From a virus (taxonomy: Duplodnaviria; Caudoviricetes), in the IMG/VR virus record IMGVR_UViG_3300043414_000445, positions 1 through 26,137 of that record: a stretch of 26,137 nt of DNA; one strand, written 5' to 3'. Below, piece after piece: positions 1 through 8,776 of this stretch. A program made the position numbers and the translations under genes. The number at the start of each line of letters is the position of its first letter. Position 1 is the stretch's first letter. Below the pieces are notes generated by a model. That model had not been told where the DNA came from. It saw only the letters and a program-made list of their open reading frames with translations, and made no database searches.

Positions 1-22
1 TGGGGAAGCGTGCATGTGCAAA

Positions 23-41
23 AATACCCCCGGGGGGTATT
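23..41. repeat. Inverted repeat AATACCCCC-G-GGGGGTATT upstream of terS (candidate cos/terminase-binding element)
   Basis: 9-bp perfect arms around one central base; lies between the terminal HNH gene (if circular) and terS. Confidence 0.6.
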
Positions 42-47
42 GAGCAG

Positions 48-530
48 GTGGGACGCAAGACATTGCCCAACGAAGTCAAGCGCAAGCGTGGCACGCTGCA
101 GCCTTCTCGGATGCCTGCCAAGCAGTCAAGCGGGGTGGCTGCACTTGACAATCTGACCATGCCTGAGGGCCTTGACCCCGTCGCTCAAGGCGTCTGGGTG
201 CGGATCACGTCAGCGTGCGACTGGCTCGCCGAGTCTGACCGCTCCGCCCTCACCATGCTCTGCAAGGATGAGGCGATGCTGGCGCAGCTTACTGCTAGGC
301 TGGAGGCTGACGGCGTGGTGCTCTTCACGGACAAAGGCTACGCCTACGCTCACCCGGCATGGGGGATGCGCACCGCAACGGAGGAGAGAATCTACAAGTG
401 GATGACCTCACTGGGACTGACGCCAAGCGATCGAGCAAGGCTCGGCATCGCCATGGTGCAGGCAAGGACGCTGCTGGAGGAGTTCCGCGAGAAGTTCGCG
501 GCGCTCCCGACTGGCCCCCGCGATACCTGA
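48..530 (+). CDS. terS: Terminase small subunit, P27-like
   Basis: Basic N-terminus MGRKTLP..KRKRGT, HPAW and LGLTPSDRARL motifs; directly upstream of terL. Confidence 0.9.
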   Translation: MGRKTLPNEVKRKRGTLQPSRMPAKQSSGVAALDNLTMPEGLDPVAQGVWVRITSACDWLAESDRSALTMLCKDEAMLAQLTARLEADGVVLFTDKGYAYAHPAWGMRTATEERIYKWMTSLGLTPSDRARLGIAMVQARTLLEEFREKFAALPTGPRDT

Positions 531-2017
531 CCCCTACACCCCAGGCTGATCTTGACCGCTCGCAGGGCGATCAGGTGGCAGACTTCGGGGAGGCGCTGGT
601 GCCCATCGCCAAGGACTCCATCGGCGGGCTCTCAGGCGAGCCAATCCACTTCCGACCATGGCAGCGCAACCTGCTGCGTCACGCTCTAGCACGCAAGGCA
701 GACGGCACCTATACGCACCGCTTCTTCATGGTTGGCGCAGCCCGCAAGAACGGGAAGACGGCGCTGCTCTCAACCGTGCCGCTGGCGCTCGGGCTCTTCG
801 GTGATCAGGGCGGTGAGATTTACTCTGCAGCTGCTGATCGGGATCAGGCGAAGCTGGTGATGGCGCACGCCAAGCGTGCAGTCGAGATGAGCCCCATGCT
901 TGCCGAGCAGATCAAGGTGTTCAGAGACACGCTGGAGTTCAAGCCCACGGGCACCATCTGGCGGGCGCTGTCGTCTGAGGCATACACGAAAGAAGGACTC
1001 AGCGCCACGCTGGTGCTGGCTGATGAGCTGGCGGCATGGCCCAACCGCGATCTCTTCGACGTGCTCTCACTCTCAATGGGCGCCCGTCGCAGCCCGCTCT
1101 TCTTGGCGATCACCACGGCTGGGCAGCGCACGGATCAGACGGGCATGGACTCCATCGCTTACACGCTCTACCAGTTGGCGCGCCGTCGGATCACTGGCGA
1201 GCATGAAGACTCAACCCTTGGGATGGCGTGGTACGAAGCCGAAGAAGACGCCTATCTGCACCCTGAGAAGTGGGGGCAAGCCAACCCGGGGCTGCTCTCA
1301 ACCCCGCCGCTGCTGAGCCTTGAAGACTTGACGTCAGCCAAGATGCGCACCCCTGAGGCAGAGTTCAGGACGAAGCGGCTCAATCAGTTTGCCGCTTCAG
1401 GTCAAGCCTTCTTGCCTGCTGGGACGTGGGACGCCTGCGCCGACACCAGCCTGCAGCTGCAAGTTGGCGACTCTCTCGTGGTGGGGTTTGACGGCTCGTT
1501 CAGCAATGACTCCACGGCGATCGTTGGCGTGCGTCTAGAAGATCATGCTGTCTTCGTGCTCGGACTCTGGGAGCGCCCGATTGACGACCTCAGTTGGCGC
1601 GTCCCCGTTGAGGACGTCGAGATGCGCATGGAAGAACTCTGCAAGACGTATGACGTCCGAGAGATCAACTGCGACCCGTTCAGGTGGCAGTCTGTCATGG
1701 AGCGATGGCAGCAGGCGGGCCTTCCCGTTGTTGAGCATCCCCAGAGCCCAGCGCGTATGACCCCAGCAACCGCCGCCTTCTACGATGCCGTGGTGAACGG
1801 ACGTCTCAAACATGACGGAGATCCGCGCATTGCCCGGCACGTCAGCCAAGCCACGCCATACGTCACGCGCTATGGGGTGCAGGTGCGCAAGGGCAAGGAT
1901 GCAGGCAAGAAGATTGACTTGTGCGTGGCAGCGATTATGGCGTGGGGGCGTGCTGCTACTCTAGGCGCAACGCCTGCGGAGAAGCCACGGGCAGCCGTCA
2001 GCTTCATTGAGTTGTAA
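398..2017 (+). CDS. terL: Terminase large subunit (start uncertain: 359 ATG, 398 GTG, 527 CTG or 575 GTG)
   Basis: PWQ adenine-binding motif, Walker A ARKNGKT, Walker B LVLADE, ITTAG coupling motif, nuclease VGFDGS and KIDLCVA. Confidence 0.95.
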   Translation: MDDLTGTDAKRSSKARHRHGAGKDAAGGVPREVRGAPDWPPRYLTPTPQADLDRSQGDQVADFGEALVPIAKDSIGGLSGEPIHFRPWQRNLLRHALARKADGTYTHRFFMVGAARKNGKTALLSTVPLALGLFGDQGGEIYSAAADRDQAKLVMAHAKRAVEMSPMLAEQIKVFRDTLEFKPTGTIWRALSSEAYTKEGLSATLVLADELAAWPNRDLFDVLSLSMGARRSPLFLAITTAGQRTDQTGMDSIAYTLYQLARRRITGEHEDSTLGMAWYEAEEDAYLHPEKWGQANPGLLSTPPLLSLEDLTSAKMRTPEAEFRTKRLNQFAASGQAFLPAGTWDACADTSLQLQVGDSLVVGFDGSFSNDSTAIVGVRLEDHAVFVLGLWERPIDDLSWRVPVEDVEMRMEELCKTYDVREINCDPFRWQSVMERWQQAGLPVVEHPQSPARMTPATAAFYDAVVNGRLKHDGDPRIARHVSQATPYVTRYGVQVRKGKDAGKKIDLCVAAIMAWGRAATLGATPAEKPRAAVSFIEL

Positions 2018-2025
2018 GGAGTCGC

Positions 2026-3198
2026 ATGGGTATCGTTGACCGCATCCTTGGACGACAGACAGAAGAGCGAGCCGTCGGCGGCATGTGGGCCGTTGACACG
2101 GATGCCGCTGGCACGAGCCTCAACGAGAAGAACGCGACGACCATCGGAGCGTTGTATGCGTCGGTGTCTTTATACGCAAACACAATCGCATCCATGCCAG
2201 TGGGCGTCTTCTTGCGCCAAGACGGTGTACGCCGTCCAGTGACTCGCCCACGTTGGCTTGACAATCCAGTGCCAAACAATCCGAACTACACCCGCTTTGA
2301 CCTCATGCACCGTACCGTCAGCAGCTTGCTGATTGACGGAAACTCCTTTCTCATGGTGCTGCGCGACGGTGCCGAGATTGTAGAAGTGCGCCTGCTTGAC
2401 CCACGCAAGGTCACCATCCTGCGCGCCGAAGACGGCTCTCCCATTTATCGCGTCAAGACGACCGCAGGCTCCGTTGACTTGACGGCGCAGGACATCGTGC
2501 ACATCACACTCTTCGGAGTGGGCGAAGACTTGCGTGGACTCTCACCAGTTGAGCATCACAAGACGACGCTCGGACTCGCCAAGGCAACGACGGAGTACGC
2601 CGCGAAGTTCTTTGAGCAGGGTGCGTCCGTCAGCGGACTTGTGACCGTGCCGGGTGAACTCACCACGGATCAGGCAGACACGCTGCGCGCATCGTTCGGA
2701 CGTCGTCACGAAGGGCTTCGCAATATGTTCAAGGTAGCTGTGCTAACTGGAGGGGCGGATTTCAAGACGATGGGATTCAACCCTTCCGATTTGGCGATCG
2801 TTGAAAACATGGAAGCAGGCACACAGGCAATCGCCCGACTCTACGGCATCCCGCTGCACTTGCTGCAGTTGCCAGGTGCTAACTCCAGCTACAACTCGCT
2901 TGAGATTGTCAGCCGTGAGTGGCTGATGCTCGGACTCGGCTCGCTGATCGCTCGACTTGAGGCTGGCTTCCAGCGTCTTATCGTTGGCGACACCACCTTC
3001 TTGAAGTTCAACGTGGACTCTATGCTGCGACCGCTGACGAAGGAGCGATACGACGCCTATGCCGTGGCACTGAATAATGGATTCTTGAGCCTCAACGAAG
3101 TGCGCACCCTTGAGGATCGCCCAGCAGTGGGCCCTGATGGTGACGCCTTCCGTCAGCCGCTGAACATCGGCACCGTTGGGGAGCAGCCGAAGCCGTGA
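2026..3198 (+). CDS. Portal protein, HK97 family
   Basis: LLIDGNSF, RGLSPV, IARLYGIP and LSLNEVR motifs; RBS AAGGAG; follows terL. Confidence 0.95.
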   Translation: MGIVDRILGRQTEERAVGGMWAVDTDAAGTSLNEKNATTIGALYASVSLYANTIASMPVGVFLRQDGVRRPVTRPRWLDNPVPNNPNYTRFDLMHRTVSSLLIDGNSFLMVLRDGAEIVEVRLLDPRKVTILRAEDGSPIYRVKTTAGSVDLTAQDIVHITLFGVGEDLRGLSPVEHHKTTLGLAKATTEYAAKFFEQGASVSGLVTVPGELTTDQADTLRASFGRRHEGLRNMFKVAVLTGGADFKTMGFNPSDLAIVENMEAGTQAIARLYGIPLHLLQLPGANSSYNSLEIVSREWLMLGLGSLIARLEAGFQRLIVGDTTFLKFNVDSMLRPLTKERYDAYAVALNNGFLSLNEVRTLEDRPAVGPDGDAFRQPLNIGTVGEQPKP

Positions 3199-4406
3199 GC
3201 GTTGAGATCTGGGACATTGACGGCACCATCACCACCAGTGGTGACACCGTGAACGAAGCAGTCGCCGCCTATCTCCGCAAGGATAAGAGCGAAGGCACCA
3301 CCATTGAGATCGTCTCAGCCCGCCCGGACTCGCGTCTCGCCGAGACGCAGAAGTGGTTTGCCGACAACGACATCCCCTATGACGGCATGCACCTCAACGA
3401 CTTCGCTGGAGCAGGGCGTGGCCCGAACGTGGGGCTCGCCTATAAAGAAGCCAAGTACAAGCTGCTCATTGAGCAGTACGGACTGGATGAGATTGACTAC
3501 GCCGTTGACAACGACGCCGACGTGCGTGCTATGGCGCAGGCTCTTGGGCTTGAAGCCATGACTGCCGAGCAGGTGCTGGCTGCGGATGCCACACAAGACG
3601 ATGAAGCCGCAGCCGTTGGAGCCGATACTATGAACGGAACATCGCAGCATGAGGAGAACTCAATGGCACGAGAGCACGAAACACGCGCACTGCCGCTCGG
3701 AGACTTCACGGTCACCGAAGGCGAAGATGGAAGCAAGACGTTCACGGGATACGCCGCTGTCTTCAACTCCAACTCTGAGGGCCTGCCCTTCATCGAGCGC
3801 ATCGCCAACGGTGCCTTCGCGCGTGCAATCAAGCAGGCGGAGCAGGGGCGCCGCGTCATCAAGTTCTTGCACGGTCATGATGAGAGCCGCATGCTGGCGA
3901 CGACCGCAAGCGGGCGCCTGCGCCTGAGCGAAGACGCTCTTGGCTTGAAGGTTGAGGCTCGCCTTGACCCTGCTGACCCAGACGCCGCTTCCATCATCAG
4001 CAAACTGACCCACGAAGCCAAGGCGATGGGGCAGAGCTTCGGCTTTACCGTGCCCAAGAACGGGCAGACGTGGAACGAAGACGGCAGCCGCACGCTGACT
4101 GAGATCGGGCTGCTTGAGGTTTCTATTCTCTCAGGGCACACGCCCGCCTACCCGGGCACGCTTGGGTTGAGCGCCGTGCGAAAGATCGCGCCAGCCAAGA
4201 TTGGCGTGGATGGTGACGCACTTCTTGAAACTCTTGAAGCAGTCAAGGCTGGCAACACCCTTGACGCTGATCAGACGGCGCTGCTCGACGCAGTGCGCGC
4301 CAAGTTGGGCGCAGCACCCGAGCCCGTCATTGAAGCAACTGTCCCAATGGGCGAGCACCACACTGTTGTGGCTGCCCGTCTCAAGTTGGAGCAGTTGAAG
4401 GGATAA
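3195..4406 (+). CDS. HAD-superfamily phosphatase domain fused to HK97-family prohead protease
   Basis: N-terminal WDIDGT, VSAR, K, VDND HAD motifs; acidic linker; C-terminal GYAAVFN, FLHGHD, GQSFGF, LLEVSI..PAYP protease motifs; GTGA overlap with portal stop. Confidence 0.85.
   Translation: MSVEIWDIDGTITTSGDTVNEAVAAYLRKDKSEGTTIEIVSARPDSRLAETQKWFADNDIPYDGMHLNDFAGAGRGPNVGLAYKEAKYKLLIEQYGLDEIDYAVDNDADVRAMAQALGLEAMTAEQVLAADATQDDEAAAVGADTMNGTSQHEENSMAREHETRALPLGDFTVTEGEDGSKTFTGYAAVFNSNSEGLPFIERIANGAFARAIKQAEQGRRVIKFLHGHDESRMLATTASGRLRLSEDALGLKVEARLDPADPDAASIISKLTHEAKAMGQSFGFTVPKNGQTWNEDGSRTLTEIGLLEVSILSGHTPAYPGTLGLSAVRKIAPAKIGVDGDALLETLEAVKAGNTLDADQTALLDAVRAKLGAAPEPVIEATVPMGEHHTVVAARLKLEQLKG
3663..4406 (+). 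CDS. Prohead protease alone, from in-frame internal start (MAREHETRALP...)
   Basis: GAGGAG at 3651-3656, 6 nt before in-frame ATG 3663; ETRA-type N-terminus typical of HK97 proteases. Confidence 0.7.
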   Translation: MAREHETRALPLGDFTVTEGEDGSKTFTGYAAVFNSNSEGLPFIERIANGAFARAIKQAEQGRRVIKFLHGHDESRMLATTASGRLRLSEDALGLKVEARLDPADPDAASIISKLTHEAKAMGQSFGFTVPKNGQTWNEDGSRTLTEIGLLEVSILSGHTPAYPGTLGLSAVRKIAPAKIGVDGDALLETLEAVKAGNTLDADQTALLDAVRAKLGAAPEPVIEATVPMGEHHTVVAARLKLEQLKG

Positions 4407-4510
4407 ACTCCCGAAAGCCCACGCGCCACGAAACTCTCGGCTGATCATTGAGAGCGTCGGATAGGTGGCTCGGCGTATTGTGTAAACCCAGATAGTGAAA
4501 GGAGTCCATC
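4407..4510 (+). promoter_or_regulatory. Structured leader upstream of the major capsid gene
   Basis: Nested complementary segments ACTCC/GGAGT (includes RBS), ACGC/GCGT, GCCAC/GTGGC, CTCTC/GAGAG. Confidence 0.45.
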
Positions 4511-5644
4511 ATGGACACCATCAAGAATCTGGCTGAGAAGCGCGCCGCGCTGTTGACTGATGCTTCAGGCATCGTTGCAGAGCATGCAGCCAAGGGCGAA
4601 GCCCTTACGGCTGAGGCACAGGCACGATTTGACGCCCTTACTTCGGAGGCTTCAGTTGTTGCTTCCGCGATCACTTCAGAGAAGATCGCTGCTGAGGCCC
4701 GTGCCGCAGCCGACGCTGCCCGTTCGGAGAAGGCTGTTGCCTTCGCCCCTGCGGCTGAGTCGCATCGTGACCTGTCTGCTGAGCTTCGTCGCATCGCCCG
4801 AGACGGCGGCGTGGTTGAGCTTCGTGACATCACGAAGAGCACCTTCACCCAGGCTGTTGACCAGAGCGATCGTTTCTGGGTCACTGCCGGGCAGGTAAAC
4901 CCGTTCGTAGACCCAGCAGTGGTTTCTGTAATCCAGACCGCCAAGGGCAACGTGTTGTCGCTTCCGCGCACCACGGCTCTCGGCACTGCGGCTGCAGTTT
5001 CCGAAGGTTCGTCCATCGGCGAGTCCGACGGCACGAACTCATCGCTTGACCTTACGGCTGCAAAGTACGCTTCGTTGCTTCAGGTTGGCGTTGAGACTGT
5101 TCAGGACGAGATGTTCGACGTTGCCGCTTGGGCAACTGAGAAGCTCGCCGCTGAGCTAAGCGTCGCGCATGGCGCAGTTGCTGGCCCTGCTGTAGCAGCA
5201 GCCGCAACGATCGGTGTCACGGGCGCGGCTCTTGCTCCGACATACGCAAACCTGACCGCACTTATTTACTCTGTTCGCCAGCAGGCGCGCCGAGCACCTA
5301 AGCGCGGCTTCCTCATGAACGACACCACGCTTGGCGTCATCATGGGGCTCGTTGACGGCGCAAGCCGACCAATCTTCGTGCCGGGCGATCAGAACCGCCC
5401 TGACACGATCCTTGGTTTCCCAGTGTATTCAGCCGCTCTCGCCAGCAACGGTGCGAACGCTCTCTCGATCGCCTTCGGCGACCTTGGCGCGATCTACACC
5501 GTCGTTGCGGGCGCGCCTGCAATCGAAGCCGACCGCTCGTTCGCGTTCGGAACTGGGCTCATCACGTACCGCGGAATCCTCCGCGGCGCGACCGGACTGA
5601 TTGACCCAGCTGCGGTCAAGACGTTCAAGTGCTCCGCTTCGTAA
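4511..5644 (+). CDS. Major capsid protein, HK97 fold with N-terminal coiled-coil (delta-like) domain
   Basis: Helical Ala-rich N-terminus, VSEGSSI, FLMNDTT, TILGFPV, IAFGDL motifs; RBS GAAAGGAG; position. Confidence 0.93.
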   Translation: MDTIKNLAEKRAALLTDASGIVAEHAAKGEALTAEAQARFDALTSEASVVASAITSEKIAAEARAAADAARSEKAVAFAPAAESHRDLSAELRRIARDGGVVELRDITKSTFTQAVDQSDRFWVTAGQVNPFVDPAVVSVIQTAKGNVLSLPRTTALGTAAAVSEGSSIGESDGTNSSLDLTAAKYASLLQVGVETVQDEMFDVAAWATEKLAAELSVAHGAVAGPAVAAAATIGVTGAALAPTYANLTALIYSVRQQARRAPKRGFLMNDTTLGVIMGLVDGASRPIFVPGDQNRPDTILGFPVYSAALASNGANALSIAFGDLGAIYTVVAGAPAIEADRSFAFGTGLITYRGILRGATGLIDPAAVKTFKCSAS

Positions 5645-5667
5645 TCTCCTGAGATTGTGAATCGGGC

Positions 5668-5701
5668 AGCGGGGAGTCGGGCTTAGGCTCGGCTCCCCGC
5701 T
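5668..5701 (+). terminator. Strong hairpin after capsid gene (terminator/attenuator or mRNA stabiliser)
   Basis: 15-bp stem AGCGGGGAGTCGGGC / GCTCGGCTCCCCGCT (2 G-U pairs), TTAG loop; no real U-tail. Confidence 0.65.
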
Positions 5702-5719
5702 CCACTTATAGGAGGCAAC

Positions 5720-5950
5720 ATGCAAGTCAGACTCACCTACAGGATTGACGGCACACGCAACGGAGAAGAGTGGCCCGCTATCGGCGGCGTCATTGACGTC
5801 CCCACGGACGAAGCCATGAACCTTATCAGCCACGGCTACGCCATCCCAGTCCCCGTGCCACAAGAGCAGGAGCGTGCCGTCGTTGAGCAGGAGCCCGAGC
5901 GCGCTACACTCCCGAAGACAACCTCCAAGCCACGCAAGGGGAGAAACTAA
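5720..5950 (+). CDS. Small virion-associated hypothetical protein
   Basis: RBS AGGAGG; GTRNGEEWP..G..IDVP..EA..LI..G.A pattern and basic tail, a common post-capsid small gene type. Confidence 0.75.
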   Translation: MQVRLTYRIDGTRNGEEWPAIGGVIDVPTDEAMNLISHGYAIPVPVPQEQERAVVEQEPERATLPKTTSKPRKGRN

Positions 5951-6210
5951 TGGCAGTCGTTAGCGTTCAGAAGAGCATCAACGCCACCACCCCAGTGCTG
6001 CTCGTGCAGGCTGACGTTGACGGCTGCATTGTGTACTTGCACACGCAGGTCACCATCTGGCTCGGCGACTCATCCGTGAGCAGCAGCACCGGGATGCGCC
6101 TTGACTCAGCCGCTGGCCCCCAGACGTTCAACCTGCGCGCCAGTGACGCGCTTTATGCAGTGAGCAACTCGGGCACTCAGACGATCACGATCATGACGGT
6201 GGGCAACTAA
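5950..6210 (+). CDS. Small beta-rich virion protein (possible decoration/neck protein)
   Basis: TAATG coupling on both sides; RBS GGGAG; beta-strand-like sequence. Confidence 0.7.
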   Translation: MAVVSVQKSINATTPVLLVQADVDGCIVYLHTQVTIWLGDSSVSSSTGMRLDSAAGPQTFNLRASDALYAVSNSGTQTITIMTVGN

Positions 6211-6812
6211 TGAGCTACGCCACACTTGCCGAACTGAAGGCATCGCTGGGGATCTCCGACTCTACGGATGACACCCCGCTGCAGTCATGCCTTGACGCTG
6301 CCGATCAACTCATCAACAACTATGTCGACACGAAGGTTGGATTCGGCTTGACGTCCAGCCAGGTGCGCTACTACACGGCGACTAGGTATGACTTCGTCTT
6401 GACTGATCCGATCGTGACCGTCACCGCACTGGCGACGGACATCAACGGCGACGGCACCTACTCCCAGACATGGAGCGCCACGGACTACGTGCTCGCCCCC
6501 CGCAACGCTGCACTCAATACCCGCCCATACACGGAGATCGACACCAGCCCGTTCAGCACGGGCGTGCTCAACTTCCCAACGTCATACCTTGGCGTCAAGG
6601 TCACGGGCACCTTCGGCTGGCCCTCAGTACCAGCTGCAGTCAAGCAGTCAGCCCTGATCCAGTCAGGTGCCATCTGGGCATCCCGCACCGCCCCTTTCGG
6701 AGCGGTCGGAGGAGAATCGCTTGGAGGCGTATTGCGCATGAGTGCAGCCCTGCACCCTGAGGCACGTGCCCTGCTTGACGCCTACCGCCTCCGTGGAGGC
6801 ATCGCAATCTGA
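6210..6812 (+). CDS. Head-tail connector/adaptor (gp6/gp15-like)
   Basis: MSYATLAELKASLGI N-terminus, VKVTGTFGWPSVPAAVKQ, ALLDAYR motifs. Confidence 0.85.
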   Translation: MSYATLAELKASLGISDSTDDTPLQSCLDAADQLINNYVDTKVGFGLTSSQVRYYTATRYDFVLTDPIVTVTALATDINGDGTYSQTWSATDYVLAPRNAALNTRPYTEIDTSPFSTGVLNFPTSYLGVKVTGTFGWPSVPAAVKQSALIQSGAIWASRTAPFGAVGGESLGGVLRMSAALHPEARALLDAYRLRGGIAI

Positions 6813-7249
6813 TGAACGACCTCACCATCCACACCGCCGTCGCAGCGCGCCTAATGGCTGCTACGCCCCCTACTGGGTACGCGCTACGCGCAGCCCACGC
6901 CACTCCGCCAGACAATCTCGCCACGGTGCCTGCAGCCGTCTGCATCCCGGGCGGAGACACCATCACCTACGGCACGGGCGGCAGCCGCACCACGGTGCTC
7001 ACGGTCAACGTCATCGTCTATACGCAGGATCAGGCTGACATGGCTCGCAAGTACGCCGACTTGCTGACGTGGCGCACGTGGCTTCGTGGCGTATTTGACG
7101 GGCAGGTACAACTGAACACGGCAGGCGTGGCTCAAGCCATCGTGTCGTCCACTACAATCGGCACTGATACGTGGGCAGACTCCACGTACTTGACCATCAC
7201 TGCAGAGCTGCAGGTGAGCATCCTTGAGGGAGTCAATGTCACAGCCTGA
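6812..7249 (+). CDS. Probable tail completion/terminator protein
   Basis: 145 aa, coupled TGATG start, lies between connector and major tail gene; function from synteny only. Confidence 0.6.
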   Translation: MNDLTIHTAVAARLMAATPPTGYALRAAHATPPDNLATVPAAVCIPGGDTITYGTGGSRTTVLTVNVIVYTQDQADMARKYADLLTWRTWLRGVFDGQVQLNTAGVAQAIVSSTTIGTDTWADSTYLTITAELQVSILEGVNVTA

Positions 7250-7427
7250 TACGTTGAAGGTAAAGGTCGTCCAGCCCCGTGCTGAAGGCAACCCGTATCT
7301 CCCAGCGTCTGATGACGTGGTTGAGATCGACGCCGCAGTTGCCACATCGTTGGCAGCCAGCGGGCTCGTTGAGATCGTTCACAATAAACCCAACGCCAAG
7401 ACGGCGACAACTGAAGAGAAGGAGTAA
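7236..7427 (+). CDS. Small hypothetical protein
   Basis: GAGGGAG RBS before ATG 7236; VVEIDAAVATSLAASGLVE loosely resembles the 5720 protein. Confidence 0.65.
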   Translation: MSQPDTLKVKVVQPRAEGNPYLPASDDVVEIDAAVATSLAASGLVEIVHNKPNAKTATTEEKE

Positions 7428-7430
7428 ATC

Positions 7431-8453
7431 GTGGCAGTGACACTAGGCGCCAAGTCGTTCACGAAGGTCGTCGTCAAGAGCGAGTCTGCCTTCGGCACCC
7501 CTGCCACGTTCGGCGACGCCAACGGCGAGCTGCTCCACACGGACATCGTCGGCATCGTTGACCCGGGCGTGACCGTTGACTTGGCTGAAGATAAGAGCGT
7601 CGGCATCCGCCCGCGCCGAGTCGCTGCCTCAGCAACCATCACTGCCAAGGCTCCAGTCGTCAGCTTCGGCGAAGCGCCTGCATCACTCCGCACGCTTCCA
7701 ATCATGTTTGACTCACTCGCCAGCATCACCCCAACAAATACACCACCGTCCACCGTCTACACCTACGCCTACGCGCCAAGCCAGACAGACGTTGACACGC
7801 TAAAGACATACTCGCTCTACGTCACGGACGGCGTGCAGAAGTTTGTCATTGACGGCTGCGTGCCAACTGAGATCACGCTGAGCGCCGATCAGTCGGGCCT
7901 TCTTCAGATGGGCTCGACATGGGCTGGGCGTGCACTAACCACAAGCGCGGAAACCAGCACCGCTGCCTTCGCCACCCAGTACTTCATGCCAGGTCGACTC
8001 TTCGGGCTGAAGACACACACCAGCATGATCACCGCGAAGACAGGCACGGGCACCGCCTACTCCAGCTACATCACAAACTGGAGCCTCAGCCTTCAGCCGG
8101 GCGCGATGCCGCTGCAGGTGCTCAATGGATCAACGACGAACGTCAACGCTGGCGGCGTCGCCTACACGGGAGCCCTTGACGGCAGCCTTGAGTTGACCAT
8201 CGCATCAAATAGCGCCGCCACCACCGCCTTCCCAGTTGGCGACATCGGCACCACGAAGTTCGTGCAGGTACAGGGCATTGACGCCAACGGCTACGGCTTC
8301 ACTGCTAACATCTGCGGCGTTGTTGAGAACGTCAGCGTGATCGGCTCAGAGTCCGACGGGCTGATCCTGAACACCGTGACGCTGCAACTTGCAAGCAACG
8401 GCACGAACTCGATTCTCTGCTGGGTGGATTCGCCGCTGGCGGCTCGCCCGTAA
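7431..8453 (+). CDS. Major tail (tube) protein
   Basis: RBS AAGGAG; ESAFGT N-terminal motif; Thr/Ser/Gly-rich; precedes tail chaperone. Confidence 0.85.
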   Translation: MAVTLGAKSFTKVVVKSESAFGTPATFGDANGELLHTDIVGIVDPGVTVDLAEDKSVGIRPRRVAASATITAKAPVVSFGEAPASLRTLPIMFDSLASITPTNTPPSTVYTYAYAPSQTDVDTLKTYSLYVTDGVQKFVIDGCVPTEITLSADQSGLLQMGSTWAGRALTTSAETSTAAFATQYFMPGRLFGLKTHTSMITAKTGTGTAYSSYITNWSLSLQPGAMPLQVLNGSTTNVNAGGVAYTGALDGSLELTIASNSAATTAFPVGDIGTTKFVQVQGIDANGYGFTANICGVVENVSVIGSESDGLILNTVTLQLASNGTNSILCWVDSPLAARP

Positions 8454-8485
8454 GGTAGCCCGCTACAGGCGGGGAGGAGGAGCAC

Positions 8486-8776
8486 ATGGCAGGCACCGCA
8501 ACTGATCCAGTGATCGTTCACCTAGACGGTGACTTCACAGGCTGGCACGCAACCTTCCGACCGTTGACGCGCATCTCGGCGAGAGTGCTGATCGACCTTG
8601 AGAGCGAGAGCATGGCGACCCGTCTGCAGGCGTACACGAAGATGATCCTCAGCATCGAAGGCTGGAGCGACCTAGACGGCGCACCTACCGCCGACCCGCT
8701 TGAGGCACCAGTGCAGGCCCTTGAAAACGCAGCCGAGAAGTTCATCACGGAGACTGCGGCACTCCCAAAAGCGTAA
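8486..8776 (+). CDS. Tail assembly chaperone (gpG-like)
   Basis: RBS GAGGAGGAG; IEGWSD motif; slippery heptamer at 3' end. Confidence 0.8.
   Translation: MAGTATDPVIVHLDGDFTGWHATFRPLTRISARVLIDLESESMATRLQAYTKMILSIEGWSDLDGAPTADPLEAPVQALENAAEKFITETAALPKA
8764..8770 (+). promoter_or_regulatory. -1 programmed ribosomal frameshift site C CCA AAA
   Basis: X XXY YYZ heptamer in correct phase, one codon before the TAA. Confidence 0.8.

Noticed and set aside
42-50. GAGCAGGTG at the terS start as a genome-wide operator
   Set aside because: Also occurs inside coding regions as Glu-Gln-Val (~3567, ~23815), so chance cannot be excluded
8456-8473. Short hairpin CCCGC/GCGGG after the major tail gene as a terminator
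   Set aside because: Only 5 bp, no U-tract; may modulate the adjacent RBS but is unsupported
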